From positions 14,703-78,702 of the forward strand of contig JAFZRT010000007.1 in assembly GCA_017619735.1 (NCBI GenBank): a stretch of DNA of 64,000 bases. Reading direction: 5' to 3'. The stretch is from Clostridia bacterium. GTDB lineage: Bacteria; Bacillota; Clostridia; Christensenellales; CAG-138. The translations under genes and the position numbers were made by a program. This document shows positions 27,234-34,841 of the stretch, in pieces. Within the stretch, counting starts at the first letter, position 1. Each line of letters opens with the position of its first letter. Below the pieces are notes generated by a model. That model saw only the letters and a program-made list of their open reading frames with translations. It was not told the origin of the DNA and did no database searches.

Positions 27234-29006
27234 TTGATATTCGGGAAACACATCAATCGCTACTACTTAAGGTATGCGCCACTTCTGCTGCTCGGCGCGC
27301 TCGCGCTGATAATGGTGGATTATTTCCAGCTGATAATACCGAACCTGTACGGCATGCTCATCGACGGAATAAACAACGGCTCCGTGCTCTATAAGGGCAG
27401 CACGGTCGCTTTTGATATGAACTTCCTGCTCGATAAGATATGCCTGCCGATAATCGGGATAGTCGTGATAATGGTCACCGGCCGCTTCCTCTGGCGCGTG
27501 TGCTTCTTCGGCTCCGCGATCAGGGTGGAAACGAACATCAGGATAGAGATGTTCGACCACTGCAAGGAGCTCTCCCGCGATTATTACCAGGTCAACAAGG
27601 TCGGCAACCTCATGAGCCTCTTCACGAACGACCTCGACACCATCCAGGAATGCTTCGGCGACGGTATGCTCATGTTCTTCGACGCGCTGTTCCTCGGGAT
27701 ACTCGGCTTCTATAACATGTGGCGCATGGACGTCGTGCTGACGCTCCTGACGCTCATACCGCTCGGGCTGATACTCCTCATCGGTACAATAATGGGCAAG
27801 GCCATGATGAAAAAATGGGAGGTCAGGCAGCAGGCGTTCTCCAATCTCTCCGACTTCGCGCAGGAGAGCTTCTCCGGCTACGCGGTGGTAAAGGCCTTCG
27901 TAAAGGAGCTCAAGCAGCTCCTGCGCTTCCGCAAGCTCAACGTCGAGAACGAGAACACCAATATCGACTATACGAAGATATCGACCCTCATGCACGTGCT
28001 CATAGTCCTGCTCGTCGAGACGGTCATCTGCGTTATTCTCGGCTACGGCGGCTACCTCGTCTATAAGGGCATGTTCAGCGCTGGCCGGCTGGTCGAATAC
28101 ATCGGCTATTTCTCCTCCGTCGTATGGCCCGTAATGGCGGTGTCCATGCTGATCGAAAAGACCGCGAGGGGCAAGGCCTCCATGAAGCGCGTATCCGAAC
28201 TGCTCGAGGCGAAGATCACCGTCAAGGACAGGGAGGGAGCGAATGACATCGGCAGCATCAGGGGCGACATCGAGTTCCGCGATCTCACCTTCCGCTATCC
28301 CGACGGCGAATTCGACGCCCTCGAAAACGTATCGTTCAGGATCAACGCGGGCGAGAGCGTCGGCATAGTCGGCAAGACCGGCTCCGGCAAGACGACGATA
28401 GTCGACCTCATACTCCGCACGTACAACGTGCCCGACGGCACGCTCTTCATCGACGGGAAGGACGTCAACTCCGTCACGATCAGATCCGTCAGGGAGGGCT
28501 GCGCCTACGTGCCGCAGGATAATTTCCTCTTCTCCGACACCATAACCAACAACATCAATTTCGCGTTCGACGAGGTCGACGATACTGCGGTGGAGACCGC
28601 GGCAGTGCTCGCGGACGTGCATGACAATATCGCCGAGTTCAAGGACAAATACGCCACGGTGCTGGGCGAGCGCGGCGTCACCGTCTCCGGCGGGCAGAAG
28701 CAGCGCATATCCATCGCCCGCGCGCTCATGAAGAACGCGCCGATACTGATACTCGACGATTCGGTCTCTGCGGTCGACACCGACACCGAAAAGGTCATAC
28801 TGCGCAACCTGAAGGAGAGCCGCGAAGGGAAGACGACCATACTCATCGCGCACCGCATATCGACGATAAAGGAGCTGCAGAAGATCGTATTCGTGGAGGA
28901 CGGCCGCGTGACTGCGGTCGGCAGTCACGACGAGCTGCTCGTCTCCTGCCCCGAATATGCGAAGATGGTCGAACTGCAGCGCCTCGAAGAAGAGGCCGCA
29001 AGGTAA
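27234..29006 (+). CDS. ABC exporter, fused permease/ATPase (heterodimer subunit 1)
   Basis: TTG start 9 nt after GGAGG. Six TM helices, Walker A GKTGSGKTT, signature VSGGQKQR, Walker B ILILDD. Confidence 0.9.
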   Translation: MIFGKHINRYYLRYAPLLLLGALALIMVDYFQLIIPNLYGMLIDGINNGSVLYKGSTVAFDMNFLLDKICLPIIGIVVIMVTGRFLWRVCFFGSAIRVETNIRIEMFDHCKELSRDYYQVNKVGNLMSLFTNDLDTIQECFGDGMLMFFDALFLGILGFYNMWRMDVVLTLLTLIPLGLILLIGTIMGKAMMKKWEVRQQAFSNLSDFAQESFSGYAVVKAFVKELKQLLRFRKLNVENENTNIDYTKISTLMHVLIVLLVETVICVILGYGGYLVYKGMFSAGRLVEYIGYFSSVVWPVMAVSMLIEKTARGKASMKRVSELLEAKITVKDREGANDIGSIRGDIEFRDLTFRYPDGEFDALENVSFRINAGESVGIVGKTGSGKTTIVDLILRTYNVPDGTLFIDGKDVNSVTIRSVREGCAYVPQDNFLFSDTITNNINFAFDEVDDTAVETAAVLADVHDNIAEFKDKYATVLGERGVTVSGGQKQRISIARALMKNAPILILDDSVSAVDTDTEKVILRNLKESREGKTTILIAHRISTIKELQKIVFVEDGRVTAVGSHDELLVSCPEYAKMVELQRLEEEAAR

Positions 29007-29021
29007 AGGAGGCGATGAGAA

Positions 29022-30911
29022 ATGCGTGAATACTACCCCCTGCTCCTCGGCGGAGGAATAATCGGACTCATCTCCATCGTCCTCATCGTCGCCTACGCCT
29101 CCATAAAGGACAAAAAACAGGCGATCGGCTTCGACCGCCACATGAAGGACGGCGAGATAATACGCCGCCTCCTCGCTTACGCAAAGCCCTACGTATGGCA
29201 TTTCGTGCTCGTCGGGGTCATTGTCATCGCCGGCATAGCGTACGACATAATCTCCCCGATAATCATCGGCAACATAACGAAGCTGATCAACACGGATTTC
29301 GCCCTTGCGAAGCTGTTCCGTCTGGTCGCGGTCTACGCGGGCATACTGATAGTATCCATGGTCTGCACCTACGCGCAGGCGATAATACTGCAGAGGATAG
29401 GCCAGAAGATAATCTCCGGCATGCGCGAGGATCTCTTTACGCACATAGAATCCCTCTCGCACGAGCAGATGAACTCCATACCCGTCGGCAAGCTCGTTAC
29501 CAGGGTCACGAACGATACCAACGCGATATCGCTCATGTTCACCTCGCTCCTCGTGAACCTCGTGAAGAACGTGTTCATAATCGTCGGCGTGTTCGCCGCG
29601 ATGCTCGCGCTCAACGTGGAGCTCACGCTCATGGTGCTCTGCTTCGTGCCGTTCATTGTGCTCTTCACGGTCATTTTCCGCAAGTTCGCGCGCCGCGCCT
29701 ACCGCAAGGTCAAGGACCGCACGACGGACATCAACACCTATCTGTCGGAGAACCTTTCCGGCATCAAGATCACGCAGATATTCAACCGCGAGGATGAAAA
29801 GCTGCGCGACTTCTCCGAAAAGAGCCGCGGCCTCGGCAAGGCCAAGCGCGAGCAGATACTGGTGTTCGGCATATTCCGGCCCCTCGTCTACATGCTCTAT
29901 ATCAGCTCCGTGCTGGCGCTGTTCTATCTGGGCGGCAAGGGCCATCTCGACGGGGCGAGCTTCCTCGGCCGCGCCATAGAGGCGTCGACGATAGTCAGCT
30001 TCTACATGTATATCAACAAGTTCTTCAACCCGATACAGAACCTCGCGGAGCAGTTCAACTGGCTGCAGTCGGCGTTCGCCTCGGCGGAAAAGGTGTTCAC
30101 GATAATGGATATCGAGCCCGCGCTCAAAGACGCGGAGGACGCGATAGAGCTTGAGAACGTCCGCGGCGAGATCGAGTTCAGGGACGTCTGGTTCAGCTAC
30201 ATCCCCGGCGAATGGGTGCTGAAGGGCGTTTCCTTCCGCGTCGACCCGGGCGAGACCGTCGCGTTCGTCGGCCCGACCGGCTCCGGCAAGACGACCATAC
30301 TCTCGCTTATCTGCCGCAATTACGAGTTCCAGAAGGGCGAGATACTGATCGACGGCATAGACATCAGGAAGATAAAGGCCGCCTCGCTGCGTAAGCATTT
30401 CGGTCAGATGCTGCAGGATGTGTTCCTGTTCTCCGGCACCATTAGGAGCAATATCCTGCTCGATATGGACGGAGTCTCCGACGAGGAGGTCATGGAGGCC
30501 TGCCGCTACGTCAACGCGGATCACTTCATAGACCGCCTCGAAAACGGTCTGGACGAGATCGTGCGCGAGCGCGGCAACAACTTCTCCGCGGGCCAGAGAC
30601 AGCTCCTGAGCTTCGCCCGCACCATCATCCACAAGCCGGAGGTCATGATACTGGACGAGGCCACCGCCAACATCGACACCGAGACGGAGGTCCTCATACA
30701 GGATTCGCTCGAAAAGATGATGAACATCGGCACCATGCTCATAGTCGCGCACCGGCTTTCGACCATACAGCACGCCGACAACATAATCGTCCTCTCCAAG
30801 GGCGAGATCGTCGAGCAGGGCACCCATCAGGAGCTTTTGAACCTCCACGGCAAGTACCACGCGCTCTATATGCTCCAGTTCGAAAAGGAGAAGCAGCGGC
30901 TGGGCGAATAA
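29022..30911 (+). CDS. ABC exporter, fused permease/ATPase (heterodimer subunit 2)
   Basis: Six TM helices, Walker A GPTGSGKTT, signature FSAGQRQL, Walker B VMILDEAT. Confidence 0.9.
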   Translation: MREYYPLLLGGGIIGLISIVLIVAYASIKDKKQAIGFDRHMKDGEIIRRLLAYAKPYVWHFVLVGVIVIAGIAYDIISPIIIGNITKLINTDFALAKLFRLVAVYAGILIVSMVCTYAQAIILQRIGQKIISGMREDLFTHIESLSHEQMNSIPVGKLVTRVTNDTNAISLMFTSLLVNLVKNVFIIVGVFAAMLALNVELTLMVLCFVPFIVLFTVIFRKFARRAYRKVKDRTTDINTYLSENLSGIKITQIFNREDEKLRDFSEKSRGLGKAKREQILVFGIFRPLVYMLYISSVLALFYLGGKGHLDGASFLGRAIEASTIVSFYMYINKFFNPIQNLAEQFNWLQSAFASAEKVFTIMDIEPALKDAEDAIELENVRGEIEFRDVWFSYIPGEWVLKGVSFRVDPGETVAFVGPTGSGKTTILSLICRNYEFQKGEILIDGIDIRKIKAASLRKHFGQMLQDVFLFSGTIRSNILLDMDGVSDEEVMEACRYVNADHFIDRLENGLDEIVRERGNNFSAGQRQLLSFARTIIHKPEVMILDEATANIDTETEVLIQDSLEKMMNIGTMLIVAHRLSTIQHADNIIVLSKGEIVEQGTHQELLNLHGKYHALYMLQFEKEKQRLGE

Positions 30912-30931
30912 CGAACAATAAAAAAACCGGA

Positions 30932-30943
30932 GCTCACGCTCCG
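30932..30943. repeat. Left copy of the 12-bp direct repeat GCTCACGCTCCG flanking the AT-rich island
   Basis: Exact 12-mer, also present at 32310-32321. It lies within the half-terminator AAAAAAACCGGAGCTCACGCTCCG. Confidence 0.8.
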
Positions 30944-31254
30944 ACCGTCATAAGGATGTTTTTTGAAGGGTTGGTGTGTTCTCGATATATGAGAGCAAAC
31001 CGCTCTTCATTTGTTGTCAAGATACGAGTTTCAGATATTTGGGATCGTTCTGCGGGGATGCTCATCATACCGGCTACGGTGAAGTAGATATCGACCTTAA
31101 CGTGGCCGTGCCGGTCGTATTTGTCGTTGTTATGCACCTCGATCCGCTCGATCAGCGAATTGACGAGAGTGGGTGTAAGCTCCTTTATATCCGTCAATTC
31201 ACGGACGGTCTTGAGCAGCAGCCTAATGCTATCGGCCAATATCGCTGTCCGCAT
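30934..31254 (-). pseudogene. C-terminal fragment of a large serine recombinase (DUF4368-like region)
   Basis: LTDIKELTPTLVNSLIERIEVHNNDKYDRHGHVKVDIYFTVAG resembles the DUF4368 C-terminus of TndX-like serine recombinases. No resolvase catalytic domain is present. The upstream part of the ORF-track frame overlaps the neighbouring lipoprotein gene. The stop codon lies inside the host-derived repeat. Confidence 0.6.
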
Positions 31255-31762
31255 AGTATCCGACCCACCAATACTCATCTGTTTTCTGAAATTCCTTGGT
31301 CCACGGAAATATAAAATACGATAGATCCTGATCATCGTTTGTTTCGCAGTAAAACAGTATTGTTTCAAAATCCCCATGCCTATATAAAAACTTGATCACA
31401 TTTTTACCGATCTTTGTGTTCCTTTCGATCCTATTCAGACCGGTAATGCGAAACAACTCAGTGATATCGCTCCATTCTTCTTCCGAAAAATAAGCGCAAT
31501 CTCCTTCAAAGTAAATATCTATCGCCGATTCATTTTGAACGAGCATGAATCGTTTCATCGCTTCATTTTCTTCCACGATCTTGGCAACATGCTCGAACTT
31601 CTCACGATATTGAGTAAAGACTTGAATGAGCTCCTCAACGGAGTATGCTCGCAGCTGCTCATTATCAATGATCAAATCCCAAGAATAAGGAACCTTGTGC
31701 GAACACGAAGCAGCAAGCAGTAATGTCAAGAAGACTAAAGCCAAGGCAGCAGTCCTTTTCAT
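31229..31762 (-). CDS. Lipoprotein, candidate immunity partner of the upstream toxin-like gene
   Basis: Lipobox signal MKRTAALALVFLTLLLAASC. 4-nt ATGA overlap with the upstream gene. AT-rich. I recognise no homology. Confidence 0.5.
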   Translation of the reverse strand: MKRTAALALVFLTLLLAASCSHKVPYSWDLIIDNEQLRAYSVEELIQVFTQYREKFEHVAKIVEENEAMKRFMLVQNESAIDIYFEGDCAYFSEEEWSDITELFRITGLNRIERNTKIGKNVIKFLYRHGDFETILFYCETNDDQDLSYFIFPWTKEFQKTDEYWWVGYYADSDIGR

Positions 31763-32283
31763 TCGAAAACTCCTTTCAAATATAGGTAGTAACCTAATAT
31801 AATATTGTTAAAATCATCAACTTGATCGCCATAATGTCCAAAATATCCAAGTTGATTAGCGCGACGCAGAGAACTGAAAAATCCACGGCCCTCTCCTTGT
31901 TCAATACGGGGCTTCCTTAATTGAGCAGCGCCAGCTTGTTTAAGCAGCGTATTTAATGGAATACCCATTGCCACTCCTACAGCTCCATAATTAATATTTC
32001 CAAGATCAGATGCGCTAATCTTTTTAACGTAAAACATATAAGTTGGAATTTCACCCGGAAAAAGAAGACTTGGTAACGCTTTCTTCCATCTTGATACAAC
32101 TTTATAATCCATCGGACCGTTCTTTTTCACTTGGAAATAGAACCATGCATATTTACACAACTCAACGATTGATTGCGTTGTTCGCATAGATTGTACTGCA
32201 TGCGGATCAAGTCCCGCCGGAGTTGAATAAGTGGAAAGAGCGTGTCGTTTTGCTTTTTTTACATTATTTGCAATCAGCTCCAA
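31759..32283 (-). CDS. Orphan polymorphic-toxin-like domain protein (Ntox44 / toxin type 44-like)
   Basis: TTG start 8 nt after AAGGAAG. Motifs VKKNGPMDYK, DLGNINYGAVGVAMG and LLKQAGAAQL match my recollection of the type-44 toxin signature (WDYK ... GNxNYG ... AGxxQ). There is no N-terminal delivery domain and no signal peptide. Confidence 0.5.
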   Translation of the reverse strand: MELIANNVKKAKRHALSTYSTPAGLDPHAVQSMRTTQSIVELCKYAWFYFQVKKNGPMDYKVVSRWKKALPSLLFPGEIPTYMFYVKKISASDLGNINYGAVGVAMGIPLNTLLKQAGAAQLRKPRIEQGEGRGFFSSLRRANQLGYFGHYGDQVDDFNNIILGYYLYLKGVFE

Positions 32284-32309
32284 TATTAGTGCTTCCTTAT
32301 CACTATCGG

Positions 32310-32321
32310 GCTCACGCTCCG
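32310..32321. repeat. Right copy of the 12-bp direct repeat GCTCACGCTCCG
   Basis: Exact match to 30932-30943, followed by GTTTTTC (the other half of the split terminator). Confidence 0.8.
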
Positions 32322-32330
32322 GTTTTTCTT

Positions 32331-34229
32331 TTACCTTTTCGGAGTTCTCTTCGGCTTCGGTCCCTGCGGGGGCTTTTTGCCCGCGGGTCGTGAGGGCTTA
32401 CCGCCGCCGCTCCTATCGGGCTTCGCCCTGCCATCCGGCACGAGGCAGTCGCGCCCGTTCCCAATAAGATCCTCGCGGCCGGCCTTGATGAGCGCCTGAC
32501 GCGCGGTCTCGCGGTAATAGGGCATGAAGTACTGCATCAGCGCCCTCTGCATCGCCTTCTCCTTTGGATCGCGCGGCACGTACACGGGCTGCATATCGCG
32601 CGGGTCGAGCCCCGTATGGAACATGCAGGTCGAGAGCGTGCCCGGCGTGGGGTAGAAGTCCTGCACCTGCTCCGGACGCTGGCCCGTCCTTTTGAGGTAC
32701 AGCGCGAGCTCTATAGCGGAATCGAGCGTGCTTCCCGGGTGACTGCTCATGAAGTACGGCACTATGTACTGCTCCATGCCGAGGCGTTCGTTGAGCTTTT
32801 TGTACTTGGCGCAGAAGCGGTCGTAAAGCCCGCCCGCGGGCTTGCCCATGAGCCGCAGTACGCCGTCCGAGATATGCTCTGGCGCGACCTTCAGCTGTCC
32901 CGAGACGTGATGCTTTATCAGCTCCCGCATGAAGGAGTCGTCCCTGTCGAACATCAGGTAATCATAGCGGATGCCGCTCCTGACGAATACCTTTTTGACG
33001 CCCTCGACCGCGCGGAGCTTTTTTAAGAGCTCGGTGAAATCGCGGTGGTCGACCTCCACGTTTCTGCAGTGCTCGTAGCCCAGACACTGCCGCTTTTTGC
33101 ATACGCCCTTCGTCAGCTGTTTTTTGCAGGCGGGATGACGGAAATTGGCCGTCGGGCCGCCCACGTCGTGTATGTATCCCTTGAAGTTGGGGAGCTTCGT
33201 CAGTATCCGCGCCTCCCTCAAAAGCGATTCGTGGCTGCGCGCCTGTATAACGCGCCCCTGATGGAAGGTCAGCGCGCAGAACGAGCACGCGCCGAAGCAG
33301 CCCCTCGTCGAGACGAGCGAGAACTCGACCTCGTCTATGGCGGGGATGTGCTCCGTATAGGAGGGGTGGGGGAGCCGCGTGTACGGCAGCTCGTATACGT
33401 CGTCCAGCTCCTGCGTCGTCAGCGGCATAGCAGGCGGGTTGGCGACGAGCCATCTCTGCCCGTGCTTCTGCACAAGGCGGCGGCCGGAGATCGCGTCCTG
33501 CTCCTCGTATTGGCGCATGAACGCGCGGCAGTACGCCTTTTTGTCGGAGGACACCGCCTCGAAGCTCTCTATCTCGTCGTGATCGTAAACGTTTTCAAGC
33601 GAGCTCGTCATGAAGCATGTGCCCGCTACGTAGGTGATATCGTGCACGTCGAGGCCGGAGGCCAGCGCGTCTGCTATCTCGACCGCCTGTCTTTCGCCCA
33701 TGCCGTAGGAGAGCAGGTCCGCTCCGGAGTCGTCGAGCACGCTGCGGCGGACGCGGTCGTCCCAGTAATCGTAGTGGGCGAAGCGGCGGAGGCTCGCCTC
33801 GATGCCGCCTATCACGATCGGCACGGAGCCGTACGCCTCCCTTATGCGGTTGCAGTAGACGGTGACCGCCCTGTCGGGGCGCAGACCGATCCTCCCGCCG
33901 GGGGAATAGCTGTCCTCGGAGCGGCGCTTTTTCGAGCTGGTGTAGTGGTTCACCATGGAGTCCATGTTGCCGCTGTTGACGAGGAAGGCGAGCCGCGGCC
34001 TGCCGAAGACGGTGAACGGCTCCGCTCTCCTCCAGTCGGGCTGCGCGATTATCGCGACGGAGTACCCGCGCGAGGCGAGCACGCGCCCGATTATGGCCGT
34101 GCCGAAGGAGGGGTGATCGACATACGCGTCACCCGTCACTATCACGAAATCCGGCACTTCCGTACCGAAAACCTCTATGAGCTCCGCCCTTGTCATGGGC
34201 AGAGGCCGCCTATACGAGGTCAAGTCCAT
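32331..34229 (-). CDS. ygiQ: YgiQ family radical SAM protein (UPF0313)
   Basis: LPMTRAELIEVFG...VIVTGDAYVDHPSFGTAIIGRVLASRGYSVAIIAQPDW parallels the E. coli YgiQ N-terminus. Radical SAM CxxxCxxC motif (CFGACSFC). Basic Lys/Pro-rich tail. Confidence 0.9.
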   Translation of the reverse strand: MDLTSYRRPLPMTRAELIEVFGTEVPDFVIVTGDAYVDHPSFGTAIIGRVLASRGYSVAIIAQPDWRRAEPFTVFGRPRLAFLVNSGNMDSMVNHYTSSKKRRSEDSYSPGGRIGLRPDRAVTVYCNRIREAYGSVPIVIGGIEASLRRFAHYDYWDDRVRRSVLDDSGADLLSYGMGERQAVEIADALASGLDVHDITYVAGTCFMTSSLENVYDHDEIESFEAVSSDKKAYCRAFMRQYEEQDAISGRRLVQKHGQRWLVANPPAMPLTTQELDDVYELPYTRLPHPSYTEHIPAIDEVEFSLVSTRGCFGACSFCALTFHQGRVIQARSHESLLREARILTKLPNFKGYIHDVGGPTANFRHPACKKQLTKGVCKKRQCLGYEHCRNVEVDHRDFTELLKKLRAVEGVKKVFVRSGIRYDYLMFDRDDSFMRELIKHHVSGQLKVAPEHISDGVLRLMGKPAGGLYDRFCAKYKKLNERLGMEQYIVPYFMSSHPGSTLDSAIELALYLKRTGQRPEQVQDFYPTPGTLSTCMFHTGLDPRDMQPVYVPRDPKEKAMQRALMQYFMPYYRETARQALIKAGREDLIGNGRDCLVPDGRAKPDRSGGGKPSRPAGKKPPQGPKPKRTPKR

Positions 34230-34677
34230 ACTGCCTCTTGTTCCTGAAATAGTCGGTGAGCAGCGCGGCGCATTCTTCCTTCATCACGCCGCCTATCGCC
34301 GGCACGGCGAAGCCGAAAGCCCCGCCCGCGATATCCGATACGGAGCCCATGGCTCCCGCCCTTTCGTCGTACGCGCCGAATACCGCCGCGCCTATCCTGT
34401 AATGGAGGCAGGCGCCGGCGCACATGGGGCACGGCTCCATGGTGACGTAGAGTGCGCAGTCGACGAGGAAACGGCTGCCGACCGCCTCGGCCGCGAGCTT
34501 CAGAGCGAGCATCTCCGCGTGAGCTGTCGGGTCGCGGAGGGCCTCCGTCCGGTTGTGCGCCCTCGCTATGACCTCGCCTCCGCGGACGACGACGGCGCCT
34601 ACGGGGACCTCGTCGGCCTCCGCGGCGGCGCGCGCCTCCTTCAGCGCTTCCTCCATGAACCTTTTTTCAATGAGCAT
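34210..34677 (-). CDS. tadA: tRNA adenosine(34) deaminase
   Basis: HAEMLAL and PCPMCAGA zinc motifs, 155 aa. Confidence 0.92.
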   Translation of the reverse strand: MLIEKRFMEEALKEARAAAEADEVPVGAVVVRGGEVIARAHNRTEALRDPTAHAEMLALKLAAEAVGSRFLVDCALYVTMEPCPMCAGACLHYRIGAAVFGAYDERAGAMGSVSDIAGGAFGFAVPAIGGVMKEECAALLTDYFRNKRQYGLDLV

Positions 34678-34841
34678 GATCGGGCTCCTTTTTGTTTCCT
34701 GCTCCCATTATATCATCGCCCGGCCGATTTGGAAACAGAAAAAACGCCGAACGCTTAACAAGTTTCATGCTCCGCGCTATTGCAAAACGCGGCGGGGGAG
34801 AGTAAAATATATATATCATTTCCGGAAAGGAAGGCGAGATC

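Larger units (their letters stand above)
30944..32309. mobile_element. Degenerate ~1.37-kb AT-rich integrated-element remnant (recombinase fragment plus toxin/immunity-like cassette)
   Basis: Sharp composition drop: hand-counted 60-nt lines give 18-19/60 G+C inside against 45/60 just outside. The island is bounded by the 12-bp direct repeat. Removing it rebuilds a perfect bidirectional terminator. Confidence 0.7.

Noticed and set aside
27267-30860. A 1197-aa minus-strand ORF spanning both ABC exporter genes.
   Set aside because: It is antisense to two genes with unmistakable Walker A/B and ABC signature motifs. Its translation is low-complexity (rich in E, D, R, A, G, V, H) with no recognisable domain. 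This is a typical stop-poor antisense frame in high-GC DNA.
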